64,000 nucleotides of DNA from contig CAVXWP010000009.1 in NCBI GenBank assembly GCA_963765495.1, forward strand, positions 416,001 to 480,000. The letters run 5' to 3'. This document shows positions 48,466-58,378 of the stretch, piece after piece. The notes below the pieces were generated by a model. That model was not told where the DNA came from and ran no database searches. It was given only the letters and a program-made list of their open reading frames with translations. The stretch's first letter is position 1, and the number at the start of each line of letters is the position of its first letter. The position numbers and the translations under genes were made by a program. The DNA comes from Blastocatellia bacterium (GTDB lineage Bacteria; Acidobacteriota; Blastocatellia; UBA7656).

Positions 48466-50256
48466 TTACTGCCCTTTGCGCTCCTGGCGCAAGTGCTTCT
48501 TTTTGGATAAATCCTTTTTGCGATAAATGATAAAGCGGCCTGTCGAGCCAATATTCTTATATTCCTTCATGAGTTCGCGCAAATCTGAAAACTTCTGGAT
48601 GTCGAGATCGGCGTTGAAAAACCCAAGTTCGTCTATGATATATTTCGGGCGGGTCTGTTCAAGGTCGCTGAGAAGTTCAGCCCGCGCCCGACTTGTCTGG
48701 TCTTCATCGAGCACAACCGAATAATCGCTAAAATAATGAACATCGGCCGGGACTCCCGTCAACGGCTGCGAGCTAAGGTACCTGGAGGCGGGCAACAGCC
48801 CTGACCAGTAATATAGTTCGGGTCTGTAGCCCCACACGAAAAGATAATCCTCCGATGAACGGGGCGGGCGGGTGCGGGGACCATCGGCGCGTATATCTTC
48901 CAGCCCACGAAGGTCTGCCGACTCAGCGCCCTCCGGCAACTCCCTCACAAGCGCGGCCGCCATGCGTTCTTCCCGCTTCAGTCTCTCGTGAAACCACTGC
49001 TTTGTCTCTTCGCTCCTTGTGCCGCGAACCCAATCCGTCGCAAGCGTAATTGTCCTCCCATGAAATCGCTCCAGTGTAAATAAGAATCCGAGGATGAGCA
49101 ACGCCACTGCCCCGATGCGAATAGCGCGACTGCGCGCTCTCAACTTGGAAATTATTGCCGTTAAACCTCGCGCACCTATCAGGCACAGGACAGGCATTAT
49201 ATCTAAAAAGTAATGGCCGAAAAATCTGCCGCCGACAGACAGACCGGCATAAGAGACTGCAAACCATATCAGCATCGTCACATCGGAGGCGAATATGCGA
49301 CCAGTTTCAGAGCCGTCCGCCCCCTGTTTTCGATTCTTTATGGTAATCGCAACGATAAAAAGGAGAGCGACGAGCAAGGTGTTGTTGAACAGAAAATAAT
49401 TCATGCTCTGAGTCAGGGCAGGCCAAACAGCCTTCCACAGAGGGTAATAATCGGCATAGCGTCGGCCCCAATCCCACACATACAGCCAGTAAGCCGTAAG
49501 CGAGTGTATCCAGGCAATGTATGCCAGAAACGGAAGCGAGCCGACAGCCGTGCCCGCAAGCGCGAAAACAAATAACAGCAGCGATTCTTTAAGCGCGTGC
49601 CTCTGCGTATCGTTATCAAACCATCTTCTTGCTGCGATCAAAAGGATCGCGAAAAATATGAGAGCGAATACGCCCTTTGGATTTACCTGAAAGGCAACGC
49701 CCACAAGCGCCCCCCCGATAAAGGCCGTCCGTCGCGACAGACAAACACGTGACCGGGCGAGCAGAAAGGCCGCCGCCGTGTTAGGCAGGGTCATCAGAAA
49801 ATCCGTATTTAGCCCCTGCACGTGCCCCGTGGTGTAGGTCGTGCTGAAGACCGCAAACATCGCGGCTGCAAGCAATCCCGTCCGCCTGTCATAAAGCCAT
49901 CTTCCAAACATATAGAGCGCCCATGAGACGGCTACCGAATAGAGAACCGTAAACAGGCGTATGGTGAGTATATGCGCGCCGAAGAGTTTGAAAAGCAGCG
50001 CGTACAAGAGCGCCGCTGCGGGCGGCTTGTCGAAATAGATTTCGCGGTAGAGCGCATGGCCGCGCAGGATCTCTTCGGCTGCCGTAAACCATAACCCGTC
50101 ATCCTGATACAGATGCCCCGCGTAAAAGATGCGCAGCAGAAAGCTTGTTGCCGCAACGGCTATGAATACCCTCAGAACCAGCGCCCGCGCAAAATATTTA
50201 CGCCACGACGCCTGACCGCCCGCTAAGATCGGCTTTGGGAAAAAATGCGTGTTCAA
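48466..50256 (-). CDS. GT-C (ArnT/PMT-like) membrane glycosyltransferase
   Basis: QDDGLW, LYREIYFDKPP, many TMs, FVWG..PELY; start uncertain. Confidence 0.8.
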   Translation of the reverse strand: MNTHFFPKPILAGGQASWRKYFARALVLRVFIAVAATSFLLRIFYAGHLYQDDGLWFTAAEEILRGHALYREIYFDKPPAAALLYALLFKLFGAHILTIRLFTVLYSVAVSWALYMFGRWLYDRRTGLLAAAMFAVFSTTYTTGHVQGLNTDFLMTLPNTAAAFLLARSRVCLSRRTAFIGGALVGVAFQVNPKGVFALIFFAILLIAARRWFDNDTQRHALKESLLLFVFALAGTAVGSLPFLAYIAWIHSLTAYWLYVWDWGRRYADYYPLWKAVWPALTQSMNYFLFNNTLLVALLFIVAITIKNRKQGADGSETGRIFASDVTMLIWFAVSYAGLSVGGRFFGHYFLDIMPVLCLIGARGLTAIISKLRARSRAIRIGAVALLILGFLFTLERFHGRTITLATDWVRGTRSEETKQWFHERLKREERMAAALVRELPEGAESADLRGLEDIRADGPRTRPPRSSEDYLFVWGYRPELYYWSGLLPASRYLSSQPLTGVPADVHYFSDYSVVLDEDQTSRARAELLSDLEQTRPKYIIDELGFFNADLDIQKFSDLRELMKEYKNIGSTGRFIIYRKKDLSKKKHLRQERKGQ

Positions 50257-50258
50257 GA

Positions 50259-51137
50259 TTAGACTGCTGAATTGAGACTCACAGGGACGAGCACGGGACC
50301 GGGGCCAGGGGTGTGAACGCCAAGCGCCAGATCAAGTTCATCCGCAAGGTTCGCGCCCGTTTGGGCAAGCGACCGAAAGTCAAACAATCTGGGGTCAAGC
50401 AGATGCGAAGGCGTGGTATTGCCTAATGCGGAGAGCATTGAATTTCGCACCATTGGTATTTCGAATTGAAGCTCTTCGATCAACCGCTTGACGCGTTTGC
50501 GCTTGAGGTCTTCCTGCGACCCGCAGAGATCGCAGGGGATGATTGGAAATTCTTGTGTCTCAGCAAAAGCGGCAATATCGGATTCCCAGCAGTAGGCCAT
50601 CGGGCGAATTATCATATTGCGCCCGTCGTCGCTTCTGAGAGCGGGCGGCATGGCCTTGAGCGAGCCGCTGAAAAAAAGGTTGAGCAAAAAGGTCTCTAAA
50701 ATATCGTCCGCGTGGTGGCCGAGCGCGATCTTTGTGCAGCGTTCTTCAACCGCCGTGTTGTATAAAATGCCCCGGCGCAATCTGGAGCACAGCGCACACG
50801 TAGTAGCGCCTTCGGGCACTTTGGCCTTCACTATCGAATAGGTATCGCGCTCGATTATTCGAAAGGGGACACCTGTTTTCTCCAGATATTCGGGCAGGAC
50901 ATTTTCGGGGAAACCAGGCTGCTTTTGATCGAGGTTCACAGCAAGCAGATCAAAGCGCACAGGCGCTCGTCGCTGCAAATCGAGTAGCAATGTAAGTAGC
51001 GTGTAGCTGTCCTTGCCGCCACTCAAGCATACCATTACCCTGTCGCCATCTTTGATCATATTGAAATCTTCGATGGCCTTACCTGTAGCTCGCAGCAACC
51101 TCTGCTTTAGTTTAGATTGTTCAATCTTCTTAGTCAT
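50259..51137 (-). CDS. ttcA: tRNA 2-thiocytidine(32) synthetase
   Basis: [38 protein letters not shown]. Confidence 0.95.
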   Translation of the reverse strand: MTKKIEQSKLKQRLLRATGKAIEDFNMIKDGDRVMVCLSGGKDSYTLLTLLLDLQRRAPVRFDLLAVNLDQKQPGFPENVLPEYLEKTGVPFRIIERDTYSIVKAKVPEGATTCALCSRLRRGILYNTAVEERCTKIALGHHADDILETFLLNLFFSGSLKAMPPALRSDDGRNMIIRPMAYCWESDIAAFAETQEFPIIPCDLCGSQEDLKRKRVKRLIEELQFEIPMVRNSMLSALGNTTPSHLLDPRLFDFRSLAQTGANLADELDLALGVHTPGPGPVLVPVSLNSAV

Positions 51138-51282
51138 CGCTAGAACAAGGATAGTAGCATATAGAAAAGACAGGTGACCACTATTCGAGTTCGCTCCCTT
51201 CAAGAGCAAGAGCAGCGATGCTAGGATTATTTGAATGCTTTGTAAACACTATGGAATCAGCGTAGATCGAAGGAGATAAAGC

Positions 51283-51591
51283 GTGAGACGTAAGCCGCCA
51301 CAAGCCATTTGGGGAGGAACGAGAGAAGGAGCGGGTCGCAAGCCGCTTGGAGAGAAAAAGAGGGTCCATCGCTCTGTCACGATCGACCCCGATGTGTATG
51401 AACCTCTAAAGCTTGACGTGGAGAGCCTGCAAGCGCAGAAATTGAAGGCGAAAGCTTCTGATGTACTAAATTGTCGCCTCCGCAGGGACTACAGACGTAA
51501 ACCAGACCACCTGATTTCAGAAGACTTAGAAGAGGCGAACCGCGCAAAGCTACAGGCTCTCGACAAGCCCACTCGCCGGGCAGCGAAATAG
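51283..51591 (+). CDS. Small putative DNA-binding protein (WGGxRxGAGRK plus RHH-like segment)
   Basis: AGGAG RBS with GTG start; WGGTREGAGRKP then RSVTIDPDVYEPL. Confidence 0.6.
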   Translation: MRRKPPQAIWGGTREGAGRKPLGEKKRVHRSVTIDPDVYEPLKLDVESLQAQKLKAKASDVLNCRLRRDYRRKPDHLISEDLEEANRAKLQALDKPTRRAAK

Positions 51592-51644
51592 CTGATGAGG
51601 CAAAGGACAGAGTTGAGCCGACGCTTCGCTGACGGGCAGTTTAT

Positions 51645-51938
51645 TTATGGTTTGACGGCTCTTTTAACCGCCCTCTTTGTGCCTCGACCTACGTGCCTTC
51701 CAGCGTGGCCCAGATGCTTGCCAAAATGCTTGCCGCCGCGAATGAGGCGACCGCGACGGATGTTGTGGCCGAGGCTCTTACCGGCCTTGCCCACCTCCTT
51801 GCCACCTTCTTTCATCTGGCCTCCGACGGTGGGCTTGCCCGGTGTGGTGTCCTTCTGGGCAAATGCAGTGGGCGTCGCTAAAGTGAAGATGACAATTGCT
51901 GCTATTGCCAGGACGGATTGCATCAACTTGAGCTTCAT
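51645..51938 (-). CDS. Small secreted basic Gly/Lys/His-rich protein
   Basis: AAAGGA RBS; signal peptide ending AFA-Q; GKEVGKAGKSLG, GKHFGKHLGHAG repeats. Confidence 0.75.
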   Translation of the reverse strand: MKLKLMQSVLAIAAIVIFTLATPTAFAQKDTTPGKPTVGGQMKEGGKEVGKAGKSLGHNIRRGRLIRGGKHFGKHLGHAGRHVGRGTKRAVKRAVKP

Positions 51939-52118
51939 ATTCTTTCCTTTATCAAGAGATATTTCTTTCAATTCTTCCTCCTTGGAATTAGCGTGTGAAT
52001 CTTTTTTTCCGAGTCCATTCATTTTCATTTTACTCTCCATTCGTGATGACGATTTGAATACGACCGTCGCAACAAAGTTAATCTCATTACGGAGACCCTC
52101 CTGCTTCGGGAGATTCCC

Positions 52119-52688
52119 TTATTCCTGGTTGTGCATCTTTAACATTTCGTCGAGATGCTTGAGCACATCAGCACAATCCGCTGCAATCTGTTTCGAGCTC
52201 AGCGTGTAGTTCTCAACGTCTTTCTCAAGAGTGCGAATTGCCTCCTTGAGTTTGGAGTCGCGCATATCCATGTCTCCCATTCCTGACATCCTGGAAGGAC
52301 TGCCCGGGCTCATCGTTTTCACATGTTCCTGATGATGCGACCGCGCCTCATCGAAACTCCGGCTGATCTCAGAAACGGCGGCGCGAGCAAAATCGGCGCT
52401 AAGCTGATTCCCGCCTTGCGCCTGCTCATTCAGGGCCTTTGCAAAGGTTTGGACGTTTTGCAAGAAAGCCATTGTCAGAACGTGGTGTGGCTCATTCATC
52501 ATGGCGGACATATCCACCTTCAGTATGCCATTATGCAACCACTCCTGTCCCTTCTTGCCGGTCTGGGCGGATGCCGTCTGGTCGGCATTCTGATGCCGAG
52601 TTTTGTTTTGTGCAAACGCAGTCATCCCGCCAAAAACCATCAGCGCGATGACCGCAAGAACTATTCTGCAAAGATTCTTTTTCATCAT
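52119..52688 (-). CDS. Secreted helical Met/His-rich protein
   Basis: GGGAG RBS; signal peptide ending AFA-Q; MSAMMNEPHH, HHQEH, MSGMGDMDM. Confidence 0.75.
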   Translation of the reverse strand: MMKKNLCRIVLAVIALMVFGGMTAFAQNKTRHQNADQTASAQTGKKGQEWLHNGILKVDMSAMMNEPHHVLTMAFLQNVQTFAKALNEQAQGGNQLSADFARAAVSEISRSFDEARSHHQEHVKTMSPGSPSRMSGMGDMDMRDSKLKEAIRTLEKDVENYTLSSKQIAADCADVLKHLDEMLKMHNQE

Positions 52689-53373
52689 TGTCTCCCTGAC
52701 GACCGGGCCAAAGCCAGAAACCCGGCTGTGATCAAAAACTTAATTCCTCTGAATTTCGCTCCCCGGAAAGATGCCCGGCCATCGTCGTAATACGCAAAGC
52801 TTCGAGGGTTCATGGGTAAAGGGCTTTTCTTACCCGCGCTTCAATGCTTCTCATTTCCGTTATGGTCGTCTCCGGCGCCTCCACATATTGATTGCAGAAC
52901 TGATGCCGCCACTCTCGTCGCACCGCCGCCATATGACTCCAACCGTAGCTTTCTCTCGGGCTGCCGGATGCATCCGTCACGTGGGTAGACGGCGAGGCCG
53001 TGCTAACGACGACTCTATGTTGATTCATGTTTTTTCTCATAACTTCCTTTCAATCCAGATAATCCAGCAGTAACCCTCCCCACAGATCCGTAGCCCGCTC
53101 GTCCTTGCCTTGCATTCATTGTCCGCCGCTGGCGGCACTTTGCCTCGATGACCGTTGCTCACTTTTTGAATCGAGCGATCCGGGCGACTGATCCCGCTAT
53201 ACCGTGAATCGGGCAGCCGCATCATCAGGTTGGACATGGTGGTAGCGAGATGACGAGATCAGATGTGGCGAGGGTTCGCTCTGCGGTTGGGGGACCATGC
53301 GCCGGCATTCGGAACCGGCATCTGGGCTTTCCCAGCGGTCCGCATTCAAGAATGGGCGGTTTGCGTGATCGCG

Positions 53374-53523
53374 CTAGATCGCCCTTCGGCGACCGCTGAT
53401 CAGGTTGAAGACCAATACGATTGCCGCCACAACTAGCAACAGGTGGATCAGCCCGCCGCCGATGTGGGCGATCATTCCCAGCATCCACAGAATAAGAAGA
53501 ATAACGATAATTGTCCAAATCAT
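53374..53523 (-). CDS. lmo0937-family small membrane protein (49 aa)
   Basis: Hand-translated MIWTIIVILLILWMLGMIAHIGGGLIHLLLVVAAIVLVFNLISGRRRAI; GGAGGTGA RBS. Confidence 0.9.
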   Translation of the reverse strand: MIWTIIVILLILWMLGMIAHIGGGLIHLLLVVAAIVLVFNLISGRRRAI

Positions 53524-53607
53524 AACTCACCTCCATGCCCGGTCTTCTTCCTATATTCACGGTGTCGGGTGCCCGAGCAGTTTAACTCGACTTCCGATTA
53601 CTATTTA

Positions 53608-53650
53608 ATGATACGCCTCGCCAGTTTGGGTTTCAGTGCATTAAAGAACA
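53608..53650 (-). promoter_or_regulatory. Crp-type box plus -10 for the lmo0937 gene
   Basis: TGTTCTTTAATGCACT (53635-53650), 21 nt, TATCAT. Confidence 0.5.
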
Positions 53651-53838
53651 TATTAACGAATGACCGACAGAAGAACGTTGGGAGCAAAAACGACCCGATC
53701 CAGGTAAGTGCCGAGATGCTTTTTTATAATGAGCAAGCGCTCGGCGTCTGCCCAACCGGCATAGCCAGTCATTCGGCATTTATGCTGAATCTTTTGGAGC
53801 CGGTCGCCTGCGCCAGTAACCGGCGATAATTCAGGTAC

Positions 53839-53881
53839 TGTCCTGTATTGAACAGAGGTCATTCTATTTTGGGCGTAAACT
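53839..53881 (+). promoter_or_regulatory. Crp-type box plus -10 for Crp paralog 1
   Basis: TGTCCTGTATTGAACA (53839-53854), 21 nt, TAAACT. Confidence 0.65.
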
Positions 53882-53945
53882 GTTATTGTGGAGAGATAAA
53901 TGGCGATTCTTATCTGAGAATCGCTAGAAACGAAAATGAATAAGA

Positions 53946-54626
53946 ATGATTGAACATAATCCTGATACGATTCTATTCAAAGAACAGATGCGCGGCTCAT
54001 TGCAACGCGAGACCAGGAATTCCAGCGCGATCAAAATTGCCAAACACAGCAATGTCTACACGGTCGGCGAGGCAATCGAGATGGTCTACTTCATCGAAAG
54101 CGGCAAGGTCAAACTCGTCATGATCTCGTCTGAGGGCAAGGAGTGCTTGCTGGCTATCCACGGCGCGGGGGATATTTTCGGTGAGCTGTGCCTGTCGGGA
54201 CTAAAGGGCCGGCTCGAAACCGCGAGCGCCATGGAAGAGACGGTTTTGAAACAGGTTCCCTGCGGCAGATTCCTTGGGCGGTTAGCCACGGACTCGTTGC
54301 TGGAAGGCTTTATCAAGTACCTGACAGTGCGCGTGGCGGATCAGCAGGAAGTCATCGCAAATCTCGTGACGGTCGATAGCGAACAACGGCTTGGACAGAC
54401 GCTTTTGCAAATCGCCAGAAAGCTGGGCAAAAAAGACCCGCGCAGCATTCGCATTGACCTGAAGATTTCACACGAAGAACTGGCCTCGATGATCGGCACG
54501 ACGCGTCCGCGAATCAGCGTGTTCATGCAGAGGTTTCGCAACCTCGGCCTCATTGAGATGAGCGCAGAGCGCCATCTCATCATCAAGGAACATAAGCTTG
54601 TGGCTTACCTCGCTTCCATCGCCTAG
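53946..54626 (+). CDS. Crp/Fnr family transcriptional regulator (paralog 1)
   Basis: cNMP-binding fold (GDIFGEL), EQRL, HTH SHEELASMIGTTRPRIS. Confidence 0.95.
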   Translation: MIEHNPDTILFKEQMRGSLQRETRNSSAIKIAKHSNVYTVGEAIEMVYFIESGKVKLVMISSEGKECLLAIHGAGDIFGELCLSGLKGRLETASAMEETVLKQVPCGRFLGRLATDSLLEGFIKYLTVRVADQQEVIANLVTVDSEQRLGQTLLQIARKLGKKDPRSIRIDLKISHEELASMIGTTRPRISVFMQRFRNLGLIEMSAERHLIIKEHKLVAYLASIA

Positions 54627-54733
54627 CCGCCTAATCCAGACATCAGTAGCAGTATCGAACTGCGCGGGAACCGCAATCAGGGCATCGTGACTCTTTACCA
54701 TGCAATATAGAATAGTTGCGAGCGGCGGTTCGC

Positions 54734-55147
54734 CTACAGAATAAACTTCTCGATGGTCTCTTCCATCACGTCGAGGTCAAACGGTTTGTTGATGAAGGCT
54801 TGCGCTCCCGACTCAATCCCTACTGTCAAATCGGTTGGATAAGCGTATGCCGACAGGAAAACGATTGGCGTGCGAGCATCGAACGTGCGAATCTGCTTAC
54901 ACATCTCAACGCCGAGACCGTCGGGATACCAGCCGCCAAGGATCAGCAAGTCAAAGCCGCCTCTCTTGGTTAAGGGCATGGTTTCGGCTAAGGAGTTCGT
55001 CGTTGTCACTTTGTAGCCGCACAGGTCAAGCCAGTAGGCCATCATTTCGCGGGTATCATCATGGTAATCAGCGCACAAGATATGCTTGCGCCTCTTAACA
55101 GATAAATCCGAAGCCTTGTTGTTCGCCGCGAAAACCGTTTTGCTCAT
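54734..55147 (-). CDS. Stand-alone atypical receiver-domain protein
   Basis: REC fold (HILCAD, FDLLIL, PIVFLSA, KPF) with Gly at the phospho-Asp position; GAGGGG RBS. Confidence 0.85.
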   Translation of the reverse strand: MSKTVFAANNKASDLSVKRRKHILCADYHDDTREMMAYWLDLCGYKVTTTNSLAETMPLTKRGGFDLLILGGWYPDGLGVEMCKQIRTFDARTPIVFLSAYAYPTDLTVGIESGAQAFINKPFDLDVMEETIEKFIL

Positions 55148-55272
55148 ATCAGCCCCCTCATAATAATCCGAATTGACTGAGTATCGGTTACAAAAGTGAG
55201 TGAGGAAATCTATTTGCCCTTGCTTGTGTTTCACTTATGTAGACTGCTCAAATATTCCTGAAGCCAGGTAGG

Positions 55273-55315
55273 ATAATATCTGCCAATTTCAAAGCGATCT
55301 GTTCAATACAGTACA
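55273..55315 (-). promoter_or_regulatory. Crp-type box plus -10 for the receiver gene
   Basis: TGTACTGTATTGAACA (55300-55315), 21 nt, TATTAT. Confidence 0.65.
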
Positions 55316-55382
55316 GGGCGCAAAATAAATTCGAAGCATCCGGCGAATTGCCGCCTGGGAAGGCCCGCGCCGCGCGGCAAAA

Positions 55383-55787
55383 TTACAGGCGAGGGATCGG
55401 AGGGTTTTGACCCGCCACCGAACTTACTACCTTTATTTCCGGGTTCGTGTCAGCGGCAAAACTGGATATGGCTTCCGACTCCGAGTCAAACGTCTCGAAG
55501 ACGGTTATCAGCTTTGTGATTATCAGCAATTGATTCAGGCGCTTGCTGAGATTGAGCAACTTCATATGTCCGCTCACCTGTTGCATCTGCGTATAGCTAG
55601 CGATGAGTTCGCCAAGCCCGCTGCTGTCCATATAGTTCACTTTCGCCAGATTGATGAGCAGTCTGCGGCCTCCACTCGTGATGATGGTCTCAACATGGTG
55701 TTTGAAATCGGCATGCGCTCCCAAGGAAAAATTGCCGTCGAGATCAAGCACAGTTATATCGTTTAGCTTACGTTCCTGGATTTTCAT
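55383..55787 (-). CDS. STAS domain anti-sigma factor antagonist
   Basis: LLINLAKVNYMDSSGLGEL; ITKLITVF. Confidence 0.93.
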   Translation of the reverse strand: MKIQERKLNDITVLDLDGNFSLGAHADFKHHVETIITSGGRRLLINLAKVNYMDSSGLGELIASYTQMQQVSGHMKLLNLSKRLNQLLIITKLITVFETFDSESEAISSFAADTNPEIKVVSSVAGQNPPIPRL

Positions 55788-55893
55788 GTCTATTCCTTCC
55801 CATTTCTTAAAAAGGCGAACTGTGAGGATTCAGGTGGACTGGATGATTCCAGAGAAGCTGAAGAAGAGAGCAATCCCGACTCAGTTCTCAGCC

Positions 55894-55937
55894 ATTGTAT
55901 CACCAGAGAAGAGACCAGGTCTGTTCTATATTAGACG
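55894..55937 (-). promoter_or_regulatory. Crp-type box plus extended -10 for the STAS gene
   Basis: CGTCTAATATAGAACA (55922-55937), 22 nt, TACAAT preceded by TGn. Confidence 0.6.
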
Positions 55938-56364
55938 ATTACCAGAATCATTCGAGGGTGAGTATGGGGCCGGGGCAACAGGTCCGGGCGATTGATCTCC
56001 TTAATCCAGCGGGCAACAGCGACCGTCTCCGTTGCCACTTCGGCGGCGCCCGCATCCCTTTGTCAGAACTCTCACTTGCTTCGGCCCTCAACACTCAGGG
56101 CAAACTATTTTTCGGTATCGCTGATTACCATTCTGCGCCTGCTCGGCCCGCGGCTGCGGTCTCGATTTGCGCCTGATTCATCGCGTCGCGATCGGTCGCC
56201 GCTTGCTCGTTTGCGTGGTTGGCTTCTTTCTGCGCGCGGTCGGCTTCACTCTGAGCTTGATCTGCGTGCGGCCGTTTCTGTGCTTGACATCGGCCTTCCC
56301 TATGGCTCGTGGGGCGATGGCAGAACCCACCATGTTGATCGCGGTGCTGTCAAGTCTACGCAGA

Positions 56365-56402
56365 CCCGGCTCCACTGAGCAGCCAGGAGCAGTGGAGCCG
56401 GG
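56365..56402 (-). terminator. 13-bp stem hairpin downstream of the Q-rich gene
   Basis: cccggctccactg ... cagtggagccggg; U-tract weak. Confidence 0.4.
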
Positions 56403-56432
56403 CACTTGTTAAAGACACCATCGTTTCAGTCT

Positions 56433-57368
56433 TTAGCGGAGCGGCTGCAAATTTAGAATCTGCGACAAGATAGCGCCAAGGATGCTATACCTGCCACGAG
56501 AATAACTGCCATATTGATGGCGGCTGGCGTAGCCATCTTCATAACCACGCTGGAAGCCCTCACGGAAGTAGTAGTTATAATCGTCCTGGCCTATGTAATA
56601 ACCATTATAGCCGTAGTTGGCGTCCTGATAGGCATACGACTCTGTGTAGTTGGAATTCCAGTGGTCCTGCCGGTCTGCCCGTCCAGCATTGTAGCCTTCC
56701 TGATAGCCGTTATTGACGGCTTGCCGGAGCAAATTCGCGCCGTATTGGTTTGTCTCGTAGTAGCTGCCGCCGCGATTGTAACGATAATTCGGCGCCGTGT
56801 AGAAGTACGGATCTCGGCTGTAGTTATGATTGCGATCATTCTGGATGCGCAATTGCTGCTGGCGCAGGCGCTGTAGGTACTGTTGCTGGTAACGGTACTG
56901 TGCCGTGCGCTTTTGTTCACGTAGCCGCGCGTTATGCTGCTGGGAGTCGCGCCGCTGCTCTTCCAGATGTTGACGGTACTGCGTCAGACGCTGCTGTTGC
57001 TGCTCAATGAGTTGCTGCTGACGCTGTTGTGGGAGACGCTCGCGCTGTTGTTGCGTTTCCTGTCTTTGCCGTTGATCTGTCTGTTGTCGTTGCCGTTTTT
57101 GCTGTTGCTGCTTTTCCTGCTGAACTTGCTGTTGTTGTTGGACTTGCGGCTGTGGGGGGTGCTGTTGCTCTTGCTTCGGTTGCTGTTGCTGCTTTTGGAC
57201 TTGCTGCTTTTTTTGTTTCCTCTCTTTTTTTTGCTGCTGTTTTTCGTCCTGCTTTTGTTGTTCTTGCTGTGGTTGTTGCCTGGCGTTTGCCGGTATGCTC
57301 ATTCCCACAAGCGACACCGCGCTGATTGCAACCACCGCAATCGTCCAGTTCAAGATTTTACTTTTCAT
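56433..57368 (-). CDS. Secreted Gln-rich protein with Tyr/Gly/Asn-rich C-terminal domain
   Basis: GAGG RBS; signal peptide; long Q/R/K tract; GYQEGYNAG and GFQRGYEDGY repeats. Confidence 0.85.
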   Translation of the reverse strand: MKSKILNWTIAVVAISAVSLVGMSIPANARQQPQQEQQKQDEKQQQKKERKQKKQQVQKQQQQPKQEQQHPPQPQVQQQQQVQQEKQQQQKRQRQQTDQRQRQETQQQRERLPQQRQQQLIEQQQQRLTQYRQHLEEQRRDSQQHNARLREQKRTAQYRYQQQYLQRLRQQQLRIQNDRNHNYSRDPYFYTAPNYRYNRGGSYYETNQYGANLLRQAVNNGYQEGYNAGRADRQDHWNSNYTESYAYQDANYGYNGYYIGQDDYNYYFREGFQRGYEDGYASRHQYGSYSRGRYSILGAILSQILNLQPLR

Positions 57369-57467
57369 TGCATGCCTCTCTTAATGTTGCGGGCGCTCTA
57401 AATCGAGATTTATCGAGGCTTGAAGCGATGCGCCGCGAGCTTCAGCCCGTGAATTCAATCCATGATT

Positions 57468-57511
57468 AGTATAGGCCCGCTAGCATAAGGGGTGCTGTTC
57501 AGTATTAGACA
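57468..57511 (-). promoter_or_regulatory. Crp-type box plus -10 for the Q-rich gene
   Basis: TGTCTAATACTGAACA (57496-57511), 22 nt, TATACT. Confidence 0.65.
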
Positions 57512-57697
57512 ATGGCCAATGTTGCCGGTCATCTTCGCCGTTAGCCCGCCCCATTCGGAGGTCTTGGCGTCGGCGCCCGGTTATCGCGGCCAGCTAATGA
57601 GCACGCAGGAGAACTGATGGCGATTCGATAAGTCTTGCTATATGATGAGTAGGCGCGCTGTCCTTGGCAATCAGAGGCATCGACAGGATAGTAGCCT

Positions 57698-58378
57698 ATG
57701 ATTCAACAGACTCCTCAGACGGACCTCTTCATAGAACAATTGCGCGTTTCCTTGCGGCGCGAGACCCGAGCCTCGCGCTCCATTAAGATCGCAAGGCATG
57801 AAAACGTTTACACCTGTGGAGCACAAGGCGAGACTATCTACTTCATTGAGCGCGGCCAGATAAAACTCGTCATGGTCTCGCCCGAAGGTAGAGAGTGCAT
57901 CTTTGCCGTCCACGGGGATGGCGAGATTTTCGGCGAGTTGAGCCTGTCAGGGTTAGGCGAACGCATTGAAACCGCCACGGCCATGGAAGATACCGATTTG
58001 AAAGCCATCCCTGCTTCTAAATTCTTTGCGCTGTTAGGGAGCAACTCGCTGCTTGAGGGATTTGTCCGCTACCTCGCCGTGCGCATTGCAGAACAACAGC
58101 AGGTTATAGCTCATCTGGTGACGGTGGATAGCGAACAGCGCCTGGGAAAAACCCTGTTACAACTGGCTCACACCCTCGGCACACAAGGCCCTGAAAGCCT
58201 GCGCATCGAATACAAGATCACACACGAGGAACTGTCAGAGATGGTCGGGACAACGCGGCCCCGGGTCAGCGTCTTTATGGAGCGATTTCGCAACCTCGGG
58301 CTGATTGAGAGTGGCACCGAGCACTTCCTCATCATCAATGAAAAGAAACTCATTGCTTATCTGGCTCATATCGCCTAG
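57698..58378 (+). CDS. Crp/Fnr family transcriptional regulator (paralog 2)
   Basis: 226 aa, colinear with paralog 1; HTH THEELSEMVGTTRPRVS. Confidence 0.95.
   Translation: MIQQTPQTDLFIEQLRVSLRRETRASRSIKIARHENVYTCGAQGETIYFIERGQIKLVMVSPEGRECIFAVHGDGEIFGELSLSGLGERIETATAMEDTDLKAIPASKFFALLGSNSLLEGFVRYLAVRIAEQQQVIAHLVTVDSEQRLGKTLLQLAHTLGTQGPESLRIEYKITHEELSEMVGTTRPRVSVFMERFRNLGLIESGTEHFLIINEKKLIAYLAHIA

Noticed and set aside
52810-53040. 76-aa ORF with a good RBS in the island
   Set aside because: No recognisable motif or composition; may be a remnant and cannot be supported.
56934-57401. Leu-rich plus-strand ORF resembling a membrane protein
   Set aside because: Antisense of CAA/CAG codons in the Gln-rich gene.
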